Assembly (NCBI GenBank): GCA_964593895.1
Contig: CAZQKL010000018.1
Coordinates: 1 to 24,703, forward strand
Reading direction: 5' to 3'
DNA: 24,703 nucleotides
Source: an uncultured bacterium
GTDB lineage: Bacteria; DYJV01; JALVYZ01
Under the pieces are notes generated by a model. That model had not been told where the DNA came from. It did no database searches and saw only the letters and a program-made list of their open reading frames with translations. Made by a program: the position numbers and the translations under genes. The stretch's first letter is position 1; the number at the start of each line of letters is the position of its first letter. This document shows positions 8,514 through 17,479 of the stretch, piece after piece.

Positions 8514-8783
8514 GTGTCAATTGATCCAGAAACAAAGAAAAAGCTTATTGAAAAATTTAAAAGACATGAAACAGATACTGGTTCCCCTGAAGTCCAGATT
8601 GCAATTTTAACAGAAAGAATTAATAATTTAACTGAGCATTTTAAAGTTCATAAGCATGATTACCATTCAAGAAGAGGACTTTTAATGCTTGTAAGTAAAA
8701 GAAGAAGACTTTTAAATTATCTAAAAAGAATTGATGTTGACAGGTATAAAAAATTAATTGAAGAATTAAACTTAAGAAAATAA
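8514..8783 (+). CDS. rpsO: 30S ribosomal protein S15
   Basis: 89 aa; near-canonical S15 sequence (…[53 protein letters not shown]…); GTG start with AAGGAGGG SD 6 nt upstream. Confidence 0.95.
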   Translation: MSIDPETKKKLIEKFKRHETDTGSPEVQIAILTERINNLTEHFKVHKHDYHSRRGLLMLVSKRRRLLNYLKRIDVDRYKKLIEELNLRK

Positions 8784-8798
8784 TTAAGGGGACCTTAA
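8784..8798 (+). promoter_or_regulatory. Perfect 6-bp-arm palindrome (TTAAGG-GGA-CCTTAA) constituting the entire rpsO-pnp spacer and containing the pnp SD (GGGGA)
   Basis: Read directly from sequence: 8784-8789 TTAAGG, loop 8790-8792 GGA, 8793-8798 CCTTAA; pnp ATG at 8799. Confidence 0.35.
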
Positions 8799-10859
8799 AT
8801 GGAAGAAGTAAGTGGAATTGTAGAGGGGAAATTATTTGAATTTCAGACTGGATATCTTGCAAAACAAGCCAATGGCTCTGTTTTAGCTAAATGTGGAGAT
8901 ACAGCAGTATTAGTTACTGCAGTATATGATGATAAACCAAAAGAAGATTTAGATTTTTTACCATTAACAGTAAATTATCTTGAAAAAGCTTTTGCAGCAG
9001 GAAAAATTCCAGGAGGATTTATAAAAAGAGAAGGTAAAGCAACTGACCATGAAACATTGGTTTCAAGATTAATAGACCGTTCAATTAGACCACTATTCCC
9101 AGAAAATTATAAATTTGAAACTCAAGTTATTGCAACAGTATTTGCAATAGAAGAAGATAACAATCCTGATGTTCTTGCTTTAAATGGAGCAAGTTTAGCT
9201 TTAAGTTTATCTGAAATTCCATTTGAAGGCCCTGTTGGGGCAGTTAGAGTATGTTTATTTGGAGATGATTTTGTTATTAATCCTTCCATGGATGACGAAG
9301 AGAAAGCTGATTTAAATTTTGTTGTTGCTGGAAGGGAAGATGCTATAACAATGGTTGAAGGTGAAGCTAACGAAGTAAGTGAAGAAAAAGTTGTTGAAGC
9401 ATTGAAAATAGCTCATGAAAAGATAAAGGAAATTATTAAAATACAAAAAAAATTAATTGAAAAATGTGCGAAACCAAAAATGGAGTTACCTCCCATCCAA
9501 AAAGATGAAAACTTAATTGAAGAAATTAAATCTAAATATCTTCCTGAAATTGATAAGTTAATATTCATAAAGGAAAAGCTGTCAAGAAGAAAAGCCCTAA
9601 AACAGCTTAAAGAAAAAATTCAGGAAAACTATGAAAAGGATATTTCATCAATTTTTAAAGAGATTGTTGATAATAGAGTTAGGGAATTCATTGTTAAAGA
9701 AGGTAGAAGAATTGATGGAAGAGGAGTTAAAGATATAAGAAATATTGAATGTAAAGTTGGAATATTTAAAAGAAATCATGGTTCAGCATTATTTATCAGA
9801 GGAGAAACTCAAGCTTTTGTTACTGTTACACTTGGAACAGGTCAGGATGAACAGATAATTGATTCTCTTGTAACAGAAGAAGAATCAAAAAGATTTATGG
9901 TTCATTACAATTTCCCTCCATTTTCAGTTGGAGAAGTAGGATTTTTAAAAGCTCCTGGTAGAAGAGAAATTGGTCATGGATATCTTGCTGAAAGAGCTTT
10001 AAGCAAAGTTATTCCATCCGAAGAAGAATTTCCATACACAATAAGAGTTGTTTCAGAAATTTTAGAATCAAATGGCTCCTCCTCTATGGCAACTGTTTGT
10101 GGCGGTTCTATGGCATTAATGGATGCTGGAGTTCCAATAAAGAAACATGTTGCTGGAATAGCTATGGGGCTTATTAAAGAAGGAGATAAATATATTGTTC
10201 TTTCAGATATCTTAGGAGATGAAGACCATCTTGGAGATATGGACTTCAAAGTTGCAGGAACAGAAGATGGAGTTACAGCAGTTCAAATGGATATAAAAAT
10301 TGAAGGACTTGAATTTGAAATATTAGAAAAAGCTTTAATGCAGGCAAAGGAAGGAAGACTTTACATACTTGAAAAGATGAAATCTGCAATAGAAACTCCA
10401 AGAAAAGAAATTTCTCCATATGCTCCAAGGGTAATGACACTTCATATAAATCCTGAAAGAATTCCAAATTTAATTGGTCCATCTGGAAAACATATTAAAT
10501 ATATAATTGACCAGACTGGTGTTAAAATTGATATTGAGCAGGATGGCACTCTAAGGGTTTATTCAAAATCTGTTGCAAATCTTGATAAAGCAAAAGAATT
10601 AATTTTAGAATATACAAGAGAAGTAAAGGAAGGAGAAATATTAACTGGAAAAGTTATAAGAATTCTTGATTTTGGAGCAATTTTAGAATTATATCCTGGA
10701 ATAACAGGTCTTTTGCACATTTCTGAAATTGATAACAAAAGAATTAAAAATATTACTGATTATTTTAATGTTGGAGATGAGGTTGTTGTTAAAGTTATAA
10801 AGATTGAGCCAGATGGCAAAGTAAAAGTTAGCAGAAAAGCTGTAATTTATGGAGATTAA
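8799..10859 (+). CDS. pnp: Polyribonucleotide nucleotidyltransferase (PNPase)
   Basis: 686 aa; two RNase PH domains, C-terminal KH and S1 domains; N-terminus aligns with E. coli PNPase (FPLTVNY.E...AGKIPGGF.KREG...E.L.SRLIDR.IRPLF). Classic rpsO-pnp arrangement. Confidence 0.95.
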   Translation: MEEVSGIVEGKLFEFQTGYLAKQANGSVLAKCGDTAVLVTAVYDDKPKEDLDFLPLTVNYLEKAFAAGKIPGGFIKREGKATDHETLVSRLIDRSIRPLFPENYKFETQVIATVFAIEEDNNPDVLALNGASLALSLSEIPFEGPVGAVRVCLFGDDFVINPSMDDEEKADLNFVVAGREDAITMVEGEANEVSEEKVVEALKIAHEKIKEIIKIQKKLIEKCAKPKMELPPIQKDENLIEEIKSKYLPEIDKLIFIKEKLSRRKALKQLKEKIQENYEKDISSIFKEIVDNRVREFIVKEGRRIDGRGVKDIRNIECKVGIFKRNHGSALFIRGETQAFVTVTLGTGQDEQIIDSLVTEEESKRFMVHYNFPPFSVGEVGFLKAPGRREIGHGYLAERALSKVIPSEEEFPYTIRVVSEILESNGSSSMATVCGGSMALMDAGVPIKKHVAGIAMGLIKEGDKYIVLSDILGDEDHLGDMDFKVAGTEDGVTAVQMDIKIEGLEFEILEKALMQAKEGRLYILEKMKSAIETPRKEISPYAPRVMTLHINPERIPNLIGPSGKHIKYIIDQTGVKIDIEQDGTLRVYSKSVANLDKAKELILEYTREVKEGEILTGKVIRILDFGAILELYPGITGLLHISEIDNKRIKNITDYFNVGDEVVVKVIKIEPDGKVKVSRKAVIYGD

Positions 10860-11780
10860 ATGATTAAAGGATTAATTAAATTCTTTCTTTCTTTAATTTT
10901 TATTTTAATTATTTTTGCAGGAATAGTTTTCTCTTTTTACTATTTTTCTCCTGAAATTAAACCTGGAGAATATGGAGCTCTTTATAAAATTTATGGGAAA
11001 AATAAAGGCTTTACTGGTAAAATTTTACCTCCAGGAAAGTATTATTTTTTTATTTCAGGTATATATCCAGGAATTTATAAAGTTTATCCAGTTAAACTTT
11101 ATTCAAAATCTCAAAAGTTTAATATTAAGCTCTTTGATGGCACAGAAATTTCAGGTAAATTAGTCTGGAAGATTGATAAAAAAAATATTGATAAATTTTT
11201 TGAAAATGAAAATTTCAATGATATTCAAAAAATTTTAAATGTTTATTTAAAAAGTGATTTTGAAGATTATTTCTCTCAAATTCCTGTTTATAATCTTATT
11301 TCAGATAATTTCTCAATTGAATTTTCAAAAAAAATATTACCAAAATTAAATGGTGAGCTTTCACTTTTTGGAATAAAAATTGAAAAAATAGTTTTAGACA
11401 AAATTACCTTACCAGAAGAAAAAATAGCAATAATTGAAAAATTGAGAAAAAATAAATTATACCTTGAAAATTTAAAAATTGAAACTGAAAAGAAAGTAGC
11501 TGAAGAAAAAATAAAAAACAAATTGAAACTTGAAAAACTTCAATATTTACTTAAAAAAGCTGAAATTGAAAAAGAAATTTTAAAAAAGAAAATGGAAGCT
11601 CAAAATATGGTCTGGGAAAATCAGAAAAAAAGATTAACAGAAGAAGTTGAAATATTAAGTAAACCTGGTGGTGAATATGCTGCAAAACTTGAAGCTATAA
11701 GAATTCTTGTAAATGGACTAAAGCAAGAAAAAAAACTTCAAAATGCTTCTCAAATTTATGAAAAAGTCTTTAAAAAATAG
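10860..11780 (+). CDS. SPFH/band-7 (HflK/C-like) membrane protein with long C-terminal coiled coil
   Basis: 306 aa; N-terminal TM helix, then IKPGEYGALYKIYGKN...ILPPGKYYF...IYKVYPVKLY resembling the PGExGVV..FG...PGLHF.IP motif of band-7 proteins; later LSLFGIKIEKIVLDKITLPEE (cf. YGIEI.dV.I.di.pP.E); C-terminal ~110 aa Lys/Glu heptad-rich. Start ATG immediately follows pnp stop (TAAATG); its stop abuts queA ATG (TAGATG). Confidence 0.62.
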   Translation: MIKGLIKFFLSLIFILIIFAGIVFSFYYFSPEIKPGEYGALYKIYGKNKGFTGKILPPGKYYFFISGIYPGIYKVYPVKLYSKSQKFNIKLFDGTEISGKLVWKIDKKNIDKFFENENFNDIQKILNVYLKSDFEDYFSQIPVYNLISDNFSIEFSKKILPKLNGELSLFGIKIEKIVLDKITLPEEKIAIIEKLRKNKLYLENLKIETEKKVAEEKIKNKLKLEKLQYLLKKAEIEKEILKKKMEAQNMVWENQKKRLTEEVEILSKPGGEYAAKLEAIRILVNGLKQEKKLQNASQIYEKVFKK

Positions 11781-12794
11781 ATGCATATTTCCCTTTTTGA
11801 TTATAACCTTCCAAAAGAATTAATAGCTTATTTCCCTTCACAGAAAAGAGATGAATCAAGAATGATGGTATATTTCAGAAAAGATGATAAAATTGTTCAT
11901 ACAGTTTTTAAAAAATTCCCTGATTATGTAAGTTCAGATGACTTAATAATTGCAAACAATGTGAAAGTAATTCCAGCAAAGATTATTGGCAAAAAAGAAA
12001 CAGGTGGTAAAGTTGAAATTTTACTAATAAGAAAATTAAATGAAAATAGATGGGAGGCTTTTTTAAAAGCAAGTAAAATTCCTAAACTTGGAGGGGAAAT
12101 TTTTATTGATAAGAATATAATTTGTAAAATTTGCAATAAAGTTGAAAATAGATTTATTATTGAATTTTCAGAAGATTTTTCTTTAGAAAAATATGGCAAA
12201 ATTCCCCTTCCTCCATATATTAAAAGAGAAGTGAAAGAAATTGATTATACAAGATATCAGACTATTTTTGCTGATGATAAACATAAAGGGGCAATAGCCT
12301 CCCCTACTGCAGGATTACACTTTACAAATGAGATAATAGAAATTTTAAAAGAAAAAGGAGTAAAGATATGTTTTGTAACTTTGTATGTTAGTTTTGCAAC
12401 TTTTCAGCCTGTAAAAGTTGAAAATATATTAGAACATAAAATGCACTATGAGGATTATGAAATTCCTAAAGAAACAGAAAAAATAGTAAATGAAAATTTT
12501 GGGAAAAAAAATATTGTAGCGGTTGGAACAACTGTTGTAAGAGCTCTTGAGGATAATTATTTAAGATTTAAAAGAATAAAAAGTGGAAAATTTCCAACAA
12601 ATTTGTTTATATATCCAGGATTTAAATTTAATGTTGTGAACAAATTATTGACAAATTTTCATTTACCAAAATCAACTTTACTTATGCTTGTAAGCGCTTT
12701 TGCTGGAAGAGAAAATATTTTGAGATGCTATGAGGAAGCTATAAAGAAACGATACAGGTTCTTTTCTTACGGAGATTGCATGTTTATAATATGA
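11781..12794 (+). CDS. queA: S-adenosylmethionine:tRNA ribosyltransferase-isomerase
   Basis: 337 aa; aligns end-to-end with E. coli QueA (FDY.LP.ELIA.YP...RD.SRMMV; PLPPYIKR; AGLHFT; AVGTT.VRALE; LLTNFHLPKSTLLMLVSAFAG; YRFFSYGD.MFI). Confidence 0.93.
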   Translation: MHISLFDYNLPKELIAYFPSQKRDESRMMVYFRKDDKIVHTVFKKFPDYVSSDDLIIANNVKVIPAKIIGKKETGGKVEILLIRKLNENRWEAFLKASKIPKLGGEIFIDKNIICKICNKVENRFIIEFSEDFSLEKYGKIPLPPYIKREVKEIDYTRYQTIFADDKHKGAIASPTAGLHFTNEIIEILKEKGVKICFVTLYVSFATFQPVKVENILEHKMHYEDYEIPKETEKIVNENFGKKNIVAVGTTVVRALEDNYLRFKRIKSGKFPTNLFIYPGFKFNVVNKLLTNFHLPKSTLLMLVSAFAGRENILRCYEEAIKKRYRFFSYGDCMFII

Positions 12795-12813
12795 GTTGAT
12801 TTTTATTTTTATG

Positions 12814-12822
12814 TGTGATAAT
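12814..12822 (+). promoter_or_regulatory. Extended -10-like element (TGT GATAAT) with TTGATT -35-like box, 9 nt upstream of clpA ATG; candidate promoter for leaderless or near-leaderless clpA mRNA
   Basis: TTGATT 12796-12801, TGn 12814-12816, GATAAT 12817-12822, clpA ATG 12832; no SD upstream of an ATG whose encoded N-terminus aligns residue-for-residue with E. coli ClpA Met1. Confidence 0.3.
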
Positions 12823-12831
12823 TTTTAGCTG

Positions 12832-15039
12832 ATGTTAACAGAAAACCTTTCATACTCCATAAAAAATGCTTATGAGATAGCCAAAAGAAATCATCATCAG
12901 GTAGTCACAGTTGAGCATTTACTCTATTCAATGATTAATACAGAGGAAGGTTACGATATTATTGTAAATTGCGGTGGAAATATAAATAATTTAATCAGAA
13001 ACCTTGAACACTTTTTTAATACATATTTAGAGAAATCAAAATATGGTCCAATAGAATCTATTGGTTTTCAAAGAGTAATTTCCAATGCAATAAACCATGT
13101 AAAAAGTGCAGGTCTTGATAAAGTAAGAATTGGAGATGTAATAATTGCCATTTTTGATGAAGAGGATAGTTTTGCAAAATATTTCCTTGAACAGGAAAAT
13201 ATTACAAAGTTTGATGTAATAGAATATGTTGAATATGGAGTTTCAAAAATTTATGATGATGAACATGAATTTTATGAAGAAGAAAAAGTAAATAAGAAAA
13301 AAAAGAAAAAAGCTCTTGAAAAGTATGCAACTGAACTTGTAGAGCTTGCAAGAAGAGGTAAAATTGACCCAGTTATAGGTAGAGAAACAGAATTTCAAAG
13401 AATTATTCAAGTTCTCTGTCGGAGAAAGAAAAATAATCCTTTACTTGTTGGAGAACCAGGAGTTGGAAAAACAGCAATAGTTGAGGGACTTGCATTAAAA
13501 ATTGCTAAAAATGAAGTTCCAGATAAATTAAAATATTCAAAAATTTATGCTCTTGATATGGGAGGACTTGTTGCAGGAACTAAATACAGAGGAGATTTTG
13601 AAAAAAGGTTAAAAGATATATTGAAAGAGCTAAAAGAGGAGAAAAGAGCAATTCTCTTTATTGATGAAATACATACTGTTGTTGGAGCAGGAGCTACTTC
13701 ATCAAGCTCACTTGACGCTTCCAATATTTTAAAACCACTTCTTGCAAGTGGAGATATAAGATGTATTGGTGCAACAACTTATGAAGAATACAGAAATGGA
13801 ATTGAAAAAGATAGAGCTTTGTCCCGTAGATTTCAGAAAATAGATGTGCCTGAACCATCAATTCCTGATGCTATCCAGATTTTAAAGGGATTAAAAGCAA
13901 GATATGAATGGTTTCACAGAGTTAGATACAGTGAAAAAGCTTTAAAAGCAGCTGTTGAGCTTTCAGCAAGATATATTCATGGTAAATATTTACCAGATAA
14001 AGCAATAGATGTAATTGATGAAGCTGGAGCATTAAAAAATGCAGAAAATAAAGAGAAAAAAATTATTACAGAGAAAGATATTGAAAATGTTGTGTCAATT
14101 ATTTCAAGAACTCCAGTAAATAACATGAAAATTTCATACAAGAGTAAAGCAGTTAATCTTGAGAGTGAACTTAAAAAAAGAATTTTTGGACAAGATGAGG
14201 CAATTGAAGTTCTTGCAAAATCATTAAAGATAAACATTGCAGGATTAAAAGATGAAAATAGGCCAATAGGCTGTTTCTTATTTACAGGGCCAACAGGTGT
14301 TGGAAAAACTGAAGTTGCAATTCAACTTTCTAAAATTCTTGGAATTAATTTTATAAGATTTGATATGAGTGAATATATGGAAAAGCATTCTGTTGCAAGG
14401 CTTATTGGAGCTCCTCCAGGATATGTAGGTTATGAAGAGGGAGGACAGCTAACTGAAGCTATACAGAAAAACCCTCATTCAGTAGTATTATTTGATGAAC
14501 TTGAAAAAGCACATTCAGATATTTACAATATTCTACTCCAGATTATGGATTATGGAACTTTAACTGATAATGTTGGGAAAAAAGTTAATTTTAGAAATGT
14601 TATACTAATTCTTACTTCAAATACTGGTGCAATTGAAATGAGCCAGAAAAATATCGGTTTTCTTGAAGTTGATATAAATAAAACAAAAAAAGCTATTGAA
14701 AAAGAATTTCCTCCTGAATTTAGAAACAGGCTTGATGCAATTATTAATTTTAAATACCTTGATAGACAAAGCACCAAAAAAATTGTTGATAAGTTTATAA
14801 ATGAACTAAATGAACAATTGAAAAAGCATAAATTAACTATAAAATTATCAGATAAAGCGAAAAATTATCTTGCAGAGATAGGGTATGATAAATATTTTGG
14901 TGCAAGACCAATGAAGAGAGTTATTCATGAAAAAATTAAAGACCCTCTTGCAGATTTAATTTTGAAAAATAAAGATAAAAAAATCAAAGGTTATTTTGTT
15001 GATTTAAAAGGGAAAGAGCTTACTTTTTCCCCTCTTTAA
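12832..15039 (+). CDS. clpA: ATP-dependent Clp protease ATP-binding subunit ClpA
   Basis: 735 aa; Clp N-domain, two AAA+ modules (Walker A GEPGVGKT and GPTGVGKT), no ClpB middle coiled coil or ClpC UVR linker; collinear with E. coli ClpA from Met1 ([31 protein letters not shown] vs MLNQELELSLNMAFARAREHRHEFMTVEHLL). Confidence 0.92.
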   Translation: MLTENLSYSIKNAYEIAKRNHHQVVTVEHLLYSMINTEEGYDIIVNCGGNINNLIRNLEHFFNTYLEKSKYGPIESIGFQRVISNAINHVKSAGLDKVRIGDVIIAIFDEEDSFAKYFLEQENITKFDVIEYVEYGVSKIYDDEHEFYEEEKVNKKKKKKALEKYATELVELARRGKIDPVIGRETEFQRIIQVLCRRKKNNPLLVGEPGVGKTAIVEGLALKIAKNEVPDKLKYSKIYALDMGGLVAGTKYRGDFEKRLKDILKELKEEKRAILFIDEIHTVVGAGATSSSSLDASNILKPLLASGDIRCIGATTYEEYRNGIEKDRALSRRFQKIDVPEPSIPDAIQILKGLKARYEWFHRVRYSEKALKAAVELSARYIHGKYLPDKAIDVIDEAGALKNAENKEKKIITEKDIENVVSIISRTPVNNMKISYKSKAVNLESELKKRIFGQDEAIEVLAKSLKINIAGLKDENRPIGCFLFTGPTGVGKTEVAIQLSKILGINFIRFDMSEYMEKHSVARLIGAPPGYVGYEEGGQLTEAIQKNPHSVVLFDELEKAHSDIYNILLQIMDYGTLTDNVGKKVNFRNVILILTSNTGAIEMSQKNIGFLEVDINKTKKAIEKEFPPEFRNRLDAIINFKYLDRQSTKKIVDKFINELNEQLKKHKLTIKLSDKAKNYLAEIGYDKYFGARPMKRVIHEKIKDPLADLILKNKDKKIKGYFVDLKGKELTFSPL

Positions 15040-15062
15040 AAAATCAATTCAAAATTTTTTAA

Positions 15063-16319
15063 ATGGAAAAAATTGTTATTGAAGGTGGAGAAAGATTATT
15101 TGGTGAAGTTGAAATTAGTGGAGCTAAAAATGCTGCCCTTCCAATAATGGCTGCATCCATTCTTGCAGATTCCCCTTGTAAGATAAAAAATGTTCCAAAT
15201 CTAAGAGATGTAAAGACTTTTATAAAGTTACTTGAAATTTTAGGAGCAAAAATTCACTTTGAAAACAATACTTTGACAATTGACCCTACAACTATAAATA
15301 ATTTTATTGCACCTTATGAACTTGTAAAAACAATGAGAGCATCAATCCTTTTTCTTGGGCCTCTTCTTGCAAAATTTGGATATGCAAAGGTTTCATTTCC
15401 AGGAGGTTGTGCAATAGGTCCAAGACCTGTGAATTTACATATTGAAGGGATAAAAAAACTTGGTGCAGAAGTTGAAATTAAAGAAGGTTACATTGTTGCA
15501 AAAGGAAAAAAATTAAAAGGATGTGAATTTTATTTTGATATTACAACTGTTACAGGAACAGAAAATCTTATTATGGCAAGTGTTTTAGCTGAAGGGAAAA
15601 CTATTTTAAAAAATTCAGCAAAAGAGCCTGAAGTTGTGGATATGATAAATTTTTTAAAAAAAATGGGAGCAAAAATTAAAGGTGAAGGCACAGAAATAAT
15701 TGAAATTGAAGGAGTAAATAGATTAAAAGGAGTGGAATATTCAGTTATTCCAGATAGAATTGAAACAGGAACATTTATGGTTGCAGCTGGTATTACAAAT
15801 GGAAATATTTTAATAAAAAATTCAAATATTGATAATCTTGAGGCTGTTGTTTCAAAATTAAGAACCGCAGGTGTGGAAATTAAAAGAGAAAATTCTGGAA
15901 TAAGAGTTATTGGAAATGATGAAATAAAAGCAGTTGATATTGTAACAATGCCCTACCCTGGATTTCCCACAGATATGCAAGCACAATTTATGGCATTAAT
16001 GTGTTTTTCAAATGGAATTTCTGTTATAAAAGAGACAATTTTTGAAAATAGATTTATGCATGCTCTTGAATTGATGAGAATGGGAGCTGATATAAAACTT
16101 GAGGGACCTCATGCAATAGTTAGAGGAAAAGAAATTTTATATGGTGCAAATGTTATGGCTTCTGATTTAAGAGCAAGTGCTTCACTTATTTTAGCTGGAT
16201 TAAGGGCAAAAGGTAAAACTGAAGTTTCAAGAATATATCACCTTGACAGAGGCTATGAAAAATTTGATGTAAAATTACAAAAACTTGGTGCTAAAATTTT
16301 AAGAATTAGGGAGAGTTAA
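15063..16319 (+). CDS. murA: UDP-N-acetylglucosamine 1-carboxyvinyltransferase
   Basis: 418 aa; N-terminus EVEISGAKNAALPIMAASILA...VPNLRDV matches MurA; EPSP-synthase-like fold length. Confidence 0.93.
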   Translation: MEKIVIEGGERLFGEVEISGAKNAALPIMAASILADSPCKIKNVPNLRDVKTFIKLLEILGAKIHFENNTLTIDPTTINNFIAPYELVKTMRASILFLGPLLAKFGYAKVSFPGGCAIGPRPVNLHIEGIKKLGAEVEIKEGYIVAKGKKLKGCEFYFDITTVTGTENLIMASVLAEGKTILKNSAKEPEVVDMINFLKKMGAKIKGEGTEIIEIEGVNRLKGVEYSVIPDRIETGTFMVAAGITNGNILIKNSNIDNLEAVVSKLRTAGVEIKRENSGIRVIGNDEIKAVDIVTMPYPGFPTDMQAQFMALMCFSNGISVIKETIFENRFMHALELMRMGADIKLEGPHAIVRGKEILYGANVMASDLRASASLILAGLRAKGKTEVSRIYHLDRGYEKFDVKLQKLGAKILRIRES

Positions 16320-17479
16320 TGAAAAAAAGAATATATCTTGATTACAATGCAACAACACCAGTTTTGCCAGAAATTTTTGACAAATTAAAAATTTATTATA
16401 CAGAAAAATGGGGAAATCCATCATCTTTACACTGGGCTGGGAAAAATTTAAAAGAGGATATTTATGAAAGTAGAAAAAGTATTGCAAACTCTTTAAATTG
16501 CTCTCCAGAAGAGATTTATTTTACTTCTTGTGGAACTGAATCTAATAATTGGGTTATAAAAAGTTTATGCTGGGATAATCCTCAAAATAAGCATGTTATT
16601 ACCACAAAAGTTGAGCATAAAGCTATTCTTGAACCTTTAAAATTTCTTGAAAAAAAAGGCTTGAAAGTAACATATCTTGATGTTGATAAAAATGGAATTG
16701 TAAATTTAGCTCAACTTGAAAATTCAATAAATGAAAAAACCATACTAATTTCAGTTATTTTTGCTAATAATGAAACTGGTATTATCTCACCAATTGAAAA
16801 AATAGGGAAAATTGCAAAAAAATATAATTTATTTTTTCATACAGATGCAGTTCAAGGTTATGGAAAAATTGAAATTGACCTAAAAAAATTTGATTTTATA
16901 GATTTTCTCTCAATTTCTGGTCATAAGGTTTATTCTCCAAAAGGAATAGGAGTTTTATTTATAAGAAAAGGAGTTAATATTGAACCATTTATCCATGGAG
17001 GAGGTCAGGAAGGGGGATTAAGAAGTGGCACTGAGAATGTTGCTGGAATAGTTGCTCTTGGTAAATCTGCTGAGATAATTTCAAATGATTTTAATTCAGA
17101 TTATTTTGAAAAATTAAAGAATTTAAGAGATAGATTGGAAAAAAATTTAAAAGAAAATTTAAAAGATATAGAAATAATTGGTGAAAATTCTCCTCGGGTT
17201 CCTAACACAACTCTTATTACATTTAAAAATATTGAAGCAAAAGCTCTTTTAAAAGCACTTGATTATGAAGGAATAGCGGTTTCATCAGGAAGTGCATGCT
17301 CTTCTTTGGAAGAATCTTATTCTCATGTATTAAAAGCTATGGGATATTCAAAAAGAGAAGCTCTGGGAACAATTAGAATTTCACTTGGAAAATTTACAAC
17401 TGAAGAGGATATTGATTACACTTCTGAAAAAATAATTTATTGGGTAAAAAGGTTAAGGTCATTTTTGCCAGATGGTTAA
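16319..17479 (+). CDS. Cysteine desulfurase (NifS/IscS-type class V aminotransferase)
   Basis: 386 aa; IYLDYNATTPV N-terminus, PLP-lysine context SISGHKVYSPKGIGVLFIRKG, catalytic Cys loop ...SSGSACSS; start overlaps murA stop as TAATG. Confidence 0.85.
   Translation: MKKRIYLDYNATTPVLPEIFDKLKIYYTEKWGNPSSLHWAGKNLKEDIYESRKSIANSLNCSPEEIYFTSCGTESNNWVIKSLCWDNPQNKHVITTKVEHKAILEPLKFLEKKGLKVTYLDVDKNGIVNLAQLENSINEKTILISVIFANNETGIISPIEKIGKIAKKYNLFFHTDAVQGYGKIEIDLKKFDFIDFLSISGHKVYSPKGIGVLFIRKGVNIEPFIHGGGQEGGLRSGTENVAGIVALGKSAEIISNDFNSDYFEKLKNLRDRLEKNLKENLKDIEIIGENSPRVPNTTLITFKNIEAKALLKALDYEGIAVSSGSACSSLEESYSHVLKAMGYSKREALGTIRISLGKFTTEEDIDYTSEKIIYWVKRLRSFLPDG

Noticed and set aside
8641-8862. Minus-strand 73-aa ORF spanning rpsO-pnp junction
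   Set aside because: Antisense to two highly conserved genes; spurious.
9974-12199. Short ORFs 9974-10249(-), 10273-10482(-), 10972-11163(+), 11288-11521(-), 11924-12199(-)
   Set aside because: All nested within or antisense to pnp, the SPFH gene or queA; no independent support.
13977-14777. Minus-strand ORFs inside clpA
   Set aside because: Antisense to a strongly conserved AAA+ gene; spurious.
15040-15062. murA start lacking any SD (aaaatcaattcaaaattttttaaATG)
   Set aside because: Noted as another SD-less start but with no recognisable -10 element in the 23-nt spacer; most simply read-through from clpA with weak/reinitiation-type translation. Insufficient to call a feature.
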